From Pristiophorus japonicus (Eukaryota), in contig NC_091989.1 of NCBI RefSeq assembly GCF_044704955.1, positions 196,602,001 through 196,666,000 on the forward strand: a DNA stretch of 64,000 bases. The letters are read 5' to 3'. The notes beneath the pieces are model-generated. The model did not search any database and was not told the DNA's origin. It worked only from the letters and a program-made list of their open reading frames with translations. The position numbers and the translations under genes are program-made. Each line of letters opens with the position of its first letter. The stretch's first letter is position 1. Shown one piece after another: positions 59,871 to 64,000 of the stretch.

Positions 59871-60464
59871 GTAAGTCAGTGTGTTTATGATTGTTACCGG
59901 GGTAAAGTCTGGTTGGCATGATTTGATGTCCTTTGGCGAGGAGGTGAGTGAATGTTACAAGCTGCTCCTGGTGTCCGAATGCGTCTAGTCGATGTTCCGT
60001 GTGAACTGCTCAGTGGGGTAGAACTTGGGCAATCCTGCCAGATAGGGAACCCGCTACTCAACGTGGGCAGCTGCCCCCTGGTGTATCCCACCTGTGGGGC
60101 TCAGCCTTTGTTGATATAAGTGAGCAGTGTGAAGCAGTTTGGATGCTGCCCTTTCAGCTCGGAGGCCTGAGTTTGAATCCATTTCAGTAGATGAGCCTTC
60201 TCTCTCTGCCTGATGTCGAGGTTCTGTGAAAATTTGTGTGAGGCACTCTTGAACCATCTCAGAGTCACCGAGAGCAAAATTAAAAAAGACGTTTCTAAAA
60301 AGATTTGAAGCTCTCGATTGTTTGACCCGCCGTTCTTTGTTCTGGACCTGAGTCAGTTTTTCTGTCTGTGGCGTTTAGCTGAATCCCAGCTCCTCCTGAT
60401 TGCCCCATTCACATGTGTTCATCACCCTCCCTCTCACTCTCACTCTCTCTCTCTCTTTCTCCAG

Positions 60465-60676
60465 GTCACTGCACACGCCGTATTCATGTGGATCGTGGTG
60501 ATACGACTTCGCACAATCGTGAATGTGTGGTGTGGAGCCTCGGGTTCCTGAGTGATTACACCATCGTGAGCGCAGATTCGGCGGGGAAAGTGCAGTTCTG
60601 GGATTGGAAGACAGGAACTCTGCTGAAAACACACCCAGTCACCAAGTGTGATGTGCTGTCACTGGCAGTGAACGAG
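60465..60676 (+). CDS. UTP4: UTP4 coding exon 5 (212 nt)
   Basis: CTCCAG|(G)HCTRRIHVDR...CVVWSLGFLSD..IVSADSAGKVQFWD...AVNE|GTGAAT. Confidence 0.95.
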
Positions 60677-60857
60677 GTGAATGAGATGGGCTCATTGAGT
60701 TCACACATCTCTTGTCACTGGTCCAATCACACCCCACTCATTGTCACACTCAGCTATAATGCTCTGTCGCACACCCACTCGCTGTCGGGCTCTGTCGCAC
60801 ACCCACTCGCTGTCGGGCTCTGTCGCACACTCTGCTGATGCGGATTTTGCTCTGCAG

Positions 60858-61029
60858 GCCGAGGACAGCATTGCAGTCGGGACATCCGAGGGAACCGTCG
60901 TCCAATTCCAGCTGCTTGCAGTAAAGTCAGGAGCTGCCAACACCCAGTGGGTTCGTACAAAGACCTTCAAGCACCATTCCCACGATGTGAGGGCCGTCGT
61001 TCACTCCAAGTCTGCCCTGGTCTCAGGTG
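60858..61029 (+). CDS. UTP4: UTP4 coding exon 6 (172 nt)
   Basis: CTGCAG|AEDSIAVGTSEG...QWVRTKTFKHHSHDVRAV...LVSG G|GTGAGT. Confidence 0.95.
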
Positions 61030-61108
61030 GTGAGTGGATCAGATCTGTTTCTGTGGTAGGTTAGCGCTGAGTTGGAACGTTCCTGAATTCTTTCTTTTCC
61101 TGGACCAG

Positions 61109-61200
61109 GTGTGGACACCCAGCTGGTCATTCGTCCCCTGATGGACAGAGTGGAAACCAAGTCGTATGAAGCTGCTCTCCGCAAGGTCCTCTTCCCACAT
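61109..61200 (+). CDS. UTP4: UTP4 coding exon 7 (92 nt)
   Basis: GACCAG|(G)VDTQLVIRPLMDRVETKSYEAALRKVLFPH|GTAAGT, after a 79-nt intron. Confidence 0.94.
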
Positions 61201-61448
61201 GTAAGTGCTAGCTGCAGCCAACAGCTGTGGCCTCAGTCTGTCTGCACCCAATTATTCTTCAACACAGAAACCAAGGAGTGATATTCTGACTTGGACTTTG
61301 GGCTGAGGGACTTGTGTGCAAAGGCAGTCGTAGTCTGCAGATGGTTTGCACATGGGGATTGGAACACTAGTAAGAAGCCTGTGTTTAATGTACTGTACAA
61401 TGCGTCTGCATATGGAGAGTCGGTGTGAAGTACAGAGCGCTATAGCAG

Positions 61449-61539
61449 GGACAACCTGGTGTGTTGGAGGCAAATCTGCTCCGGTTTCAGTTCCCAGAGC
61501 AGCTCGAGTTGTGGCAATTGGGCCGTTCGGGAGCCACGG
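61449..61539 (+). other. Diverged duplicate of UTP4 exon 8 (pseudo-exon or alternative exon)
   Basis: Clear similarity to 62111-62207 plus ~45 nt of downstream intron; retains G|GTAAGG donor. Confidence 0.85.
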
Positions 61540-62110
61540 GTAAGGGATTCTGTTCAGGTGCAGCATGTTGTGAATAAACGGAGCGTTTATTGACATCAGT
61601 GTGTCAGCCAATGAGTTAAGACAGGGCGGGACTTACGGCGTTTATTCAACAAACAGCAAAGCAAATAAAGTCTATTTACATGGAGTCTCGATGAACTGCG
61701 GCAAACTGATCTCGTGACTGAAAACTACAGCAACGTCTCCTGATTAAAAGCGTGGTGATTTGTGCAGTGTGGAGGATAGTTACAGAATACAAATGATATG
61801 TGCATAATCAATTGCAGTCGCTGACAGCGGTGCAAACGCCAGGCCTGATCCCGGGTGGGGAGAGAGGAATTGCCCTCCAATCATTTCCATTCTGGCCGGG
61901 AGCAGAAATTGGTGAAATTAGTTGAGGAAGGGTTAAAATCTGGGAAGTAGTTGAATGATTGCTGTTAAAGGAGAGTTTCCAGCCAGTGAACAGGTCGGTC
62001 GGTCAGCTCACCCTCCTATCTGAAATAATGCAAGCTGTACGTGAGAGGTGGGGTGAGACATGAAAGAGAGGCGAATTAATCTTGAAATCAATCCTTTGAC
62101 CTCTCCACAG

Positions 62111-62207
62111 CGAAGCCTGGTGTGTTGCAGCCGGAAGGCAAATCTGCTGCTGTTTCAGTTCCCACAGCAGCTTGAGTTGTGGCGATTGGGCAGCTCGGGA
62201 GCCACAG
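62111..62207 (+). CDS. UTP4: UTP4 coding exon 8 (97 nt); gene continues beyond the window
   Basis: CCACAG|RSLVCCSRKANLLLFQFPQQLELWRLGSSGAT G|GTAAGG, matching human LLLFQF..HLELWRLGS..ATG. Confidence 0.95.
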
Positions 62208-62689
62208 GTAAGGGATCACGTTCAGGTACAGCACGCTATGAATAAAGGGCCTCCGAAAAAAAATGCAGATTTTAATTTGCTGTCGGCGCACTTAACTAAG
62301 AAGGTTTGGAAACACAATACCTGTGTGAAGTGAGGGGAAGCCGAGGCAGTGAGCACGATAAACACAGGCACATCACGCACTTTGGGCATGGTGTGGCCCA
62401 GAGTCCCAGTGAGACCGGGCACACTATAGCCCAGTGCTGCTGTGTGGATTATGGTCTCGGTGAGACCTGGAACGCTACTGCTCAGACACTATTTGTTGAA
62501 AACTGGTTGTTCTCTTCCCCTCTTACTTGCCAAAATAAAATGATATATCTCAGTTTAAAAAAAAAAAGAGATGTTCATTTTTTAGTGCAGACTGTGGTGC
62601 GGGCAATGGTGGTGGCCACACTGACTTCTCCCACGACCCTTCGAGAAGATTAAAATAGAGCGTATCTTATCCTTCTAATCATCCCACCT

Positions 62690-63012
62690 CAGATCTCCCA
62701 CCACCTCTCCCGGAGGCACTGCTCAATGCCGAGCTTACGGCTCACACCCCACGTAGACAATTAGGCCCATACAGGAGAGCCTGGTCTCCAGTCATCTCGG
62801 ACCCCCTTGCCACTGGACCAAGATCTTGCTCTGCTAAGCCCGTGTGGTAGCCGGTGTGCAACGACCACCCCACGTTAAAAGAACTCGCGCACAGGCATTT
62901 TCCACCCTTCAAAAATTAGTTCCTGTATTGGACTGTACAGTCACCTGAGAATTCATTTCTGGAGTGAAAGCAAGTCTTCCTCGATTTTGAGGGACTGCCT
63001 ATGATGATGATG
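62690..63012 (+). mobile_element. Second subfamily of short RTE-tailed retroelement
   Basis: Shares the CCCTTGCCACTGGACCAAGA...CCACCCTTCAA block with 733-1140, joined to the last ~90 bp of the RTE LINE and (ATG)n. Confidence 0.75.
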
Positions 63013-63074
63013 TTTGTGAAGGTGCAGCCAGTGACAATGTTCTGGGGGAGGTGGGGTCTAAGAGGCTTAGCGAC

Positions 63075-64000
63075 TAGAATCATGGAATGTACAAATCAGG
63101 AGGAGGCCATTCGGCCCATCGTGCTTGTGTTGGATCTTTGAAGGAGCTCTCCAATTAGTCCCACTTCTCTGCCCTTTCCCCGTAGCCCTGCAAGTTTTTT
63201 TCTTTTCAAGTAGTTATCCAATTCCCTTTTATAAAATCATTATTGATGCTGCTTCAACCACTCTGTAAGAGAAGGGATAACCAACTAAGGGATGATATCA
63301 AATTCAAAACAAGGGCATACAATGTGGCCAAGACCAGTGGGAGGCCAGAGGATTGGGAAACTTAAAAGCCAACAAAGGACGACTAAAAAAAAATAATAGA
63401 GAGAAGAAGAGGGATTATGAAAGTAAACGAACAAGAAATATAAAAACAGATAGTTAGAGTTTGTACAGGTACATAAATAAAAAAAAGAGTGGTTAAAATA
63501 AATGTTGGTCCCCTAGAGGATGAGACTAGGGAATTAATAATGGGATACAGGGAAATGGTAGAAACGAACAAATATTTTTTGTCAGTCTTCACGGTAGAAG
63601 AGACTAAAAACATCCCAATAGTGGATAATCAAGGGGCTATAGGGAGGGAGGAACTTAATACAATCACTATCACTAAAGATGTAGTACTTGGTAAAATAAT
63701 GGGACTAAAGGTGGACAAGTCCCCTGGACCTGATGGCTTACATCCTAGGCTCTTAAAAGAAATGTGAGAAGAATGAGAGATGATCTTATCGAAACGTATA
63801 AGATTATGAGGGTGCTTGACAAGGTGGATGCAGAGAGAATGTTTCCACAGATAGCGGAGACTAGAACTAGAGGGCACGGTCTTAGAATAAGGGGCCGTCC
63901 ATTTAAAACTGAGATGAGGAGAAACTTCTCTGAGGGTTGTAAATCTGGAATTCGCTGCCTCAAAGAGCTGTGGAAGCTAGGTCATTGAATATATTTAAGA
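63075..64000. mobile_element. CR1 fragments
   Basis: KSPGPDGLHPRLLKE and RRMRDDLIETYKI ORFs (+), preceded by a minus-strand CR1 tail. Confidence 0.9.

Overview
Vertebrate genomic DNA, most likely a cartilaginous fish (shark), judged from the repeat complement: CR1 LINEs with (AAGAACAT)n tails, Deu-domain tRNA SINEs, RTE LINEs and Penelope remnants. Four spliced genes are supported by GT-AG boundaries, consistent exon phases and recognisable protein sequence: the last coding exon of TANGO6 (+), a complete HAS3 hyaluronan synthase (+, 3 coding exons, 550 aa), a complete CHTF8 (-, 3 coding exons, 132 aa) and the first 8 coding exons of UTP4 (+), head-to-head with CHTF8. This is the same TANGO6-HAS3-CHTF8-UTP4 order as human 16q22. 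Most of the remainder is nested transposon debris and minisatellites, and most ORFs in the track are artefacts of these. I see no demonstrable new biological system. The best leads are a 151-bp mini-element bounded by two inverted LTR 5' ends with a captured pol fragment and a 5-bp TSD, a phase-compatible duplicate of UTP4 exon 8, RTE-mobilised bipartite short elements, and repeated birth of minisatellites from TE sub-fragments. Family assignments are from recalled sequences and motifs, not database searches; repeat boundaries are approximate unless a TSD is given.
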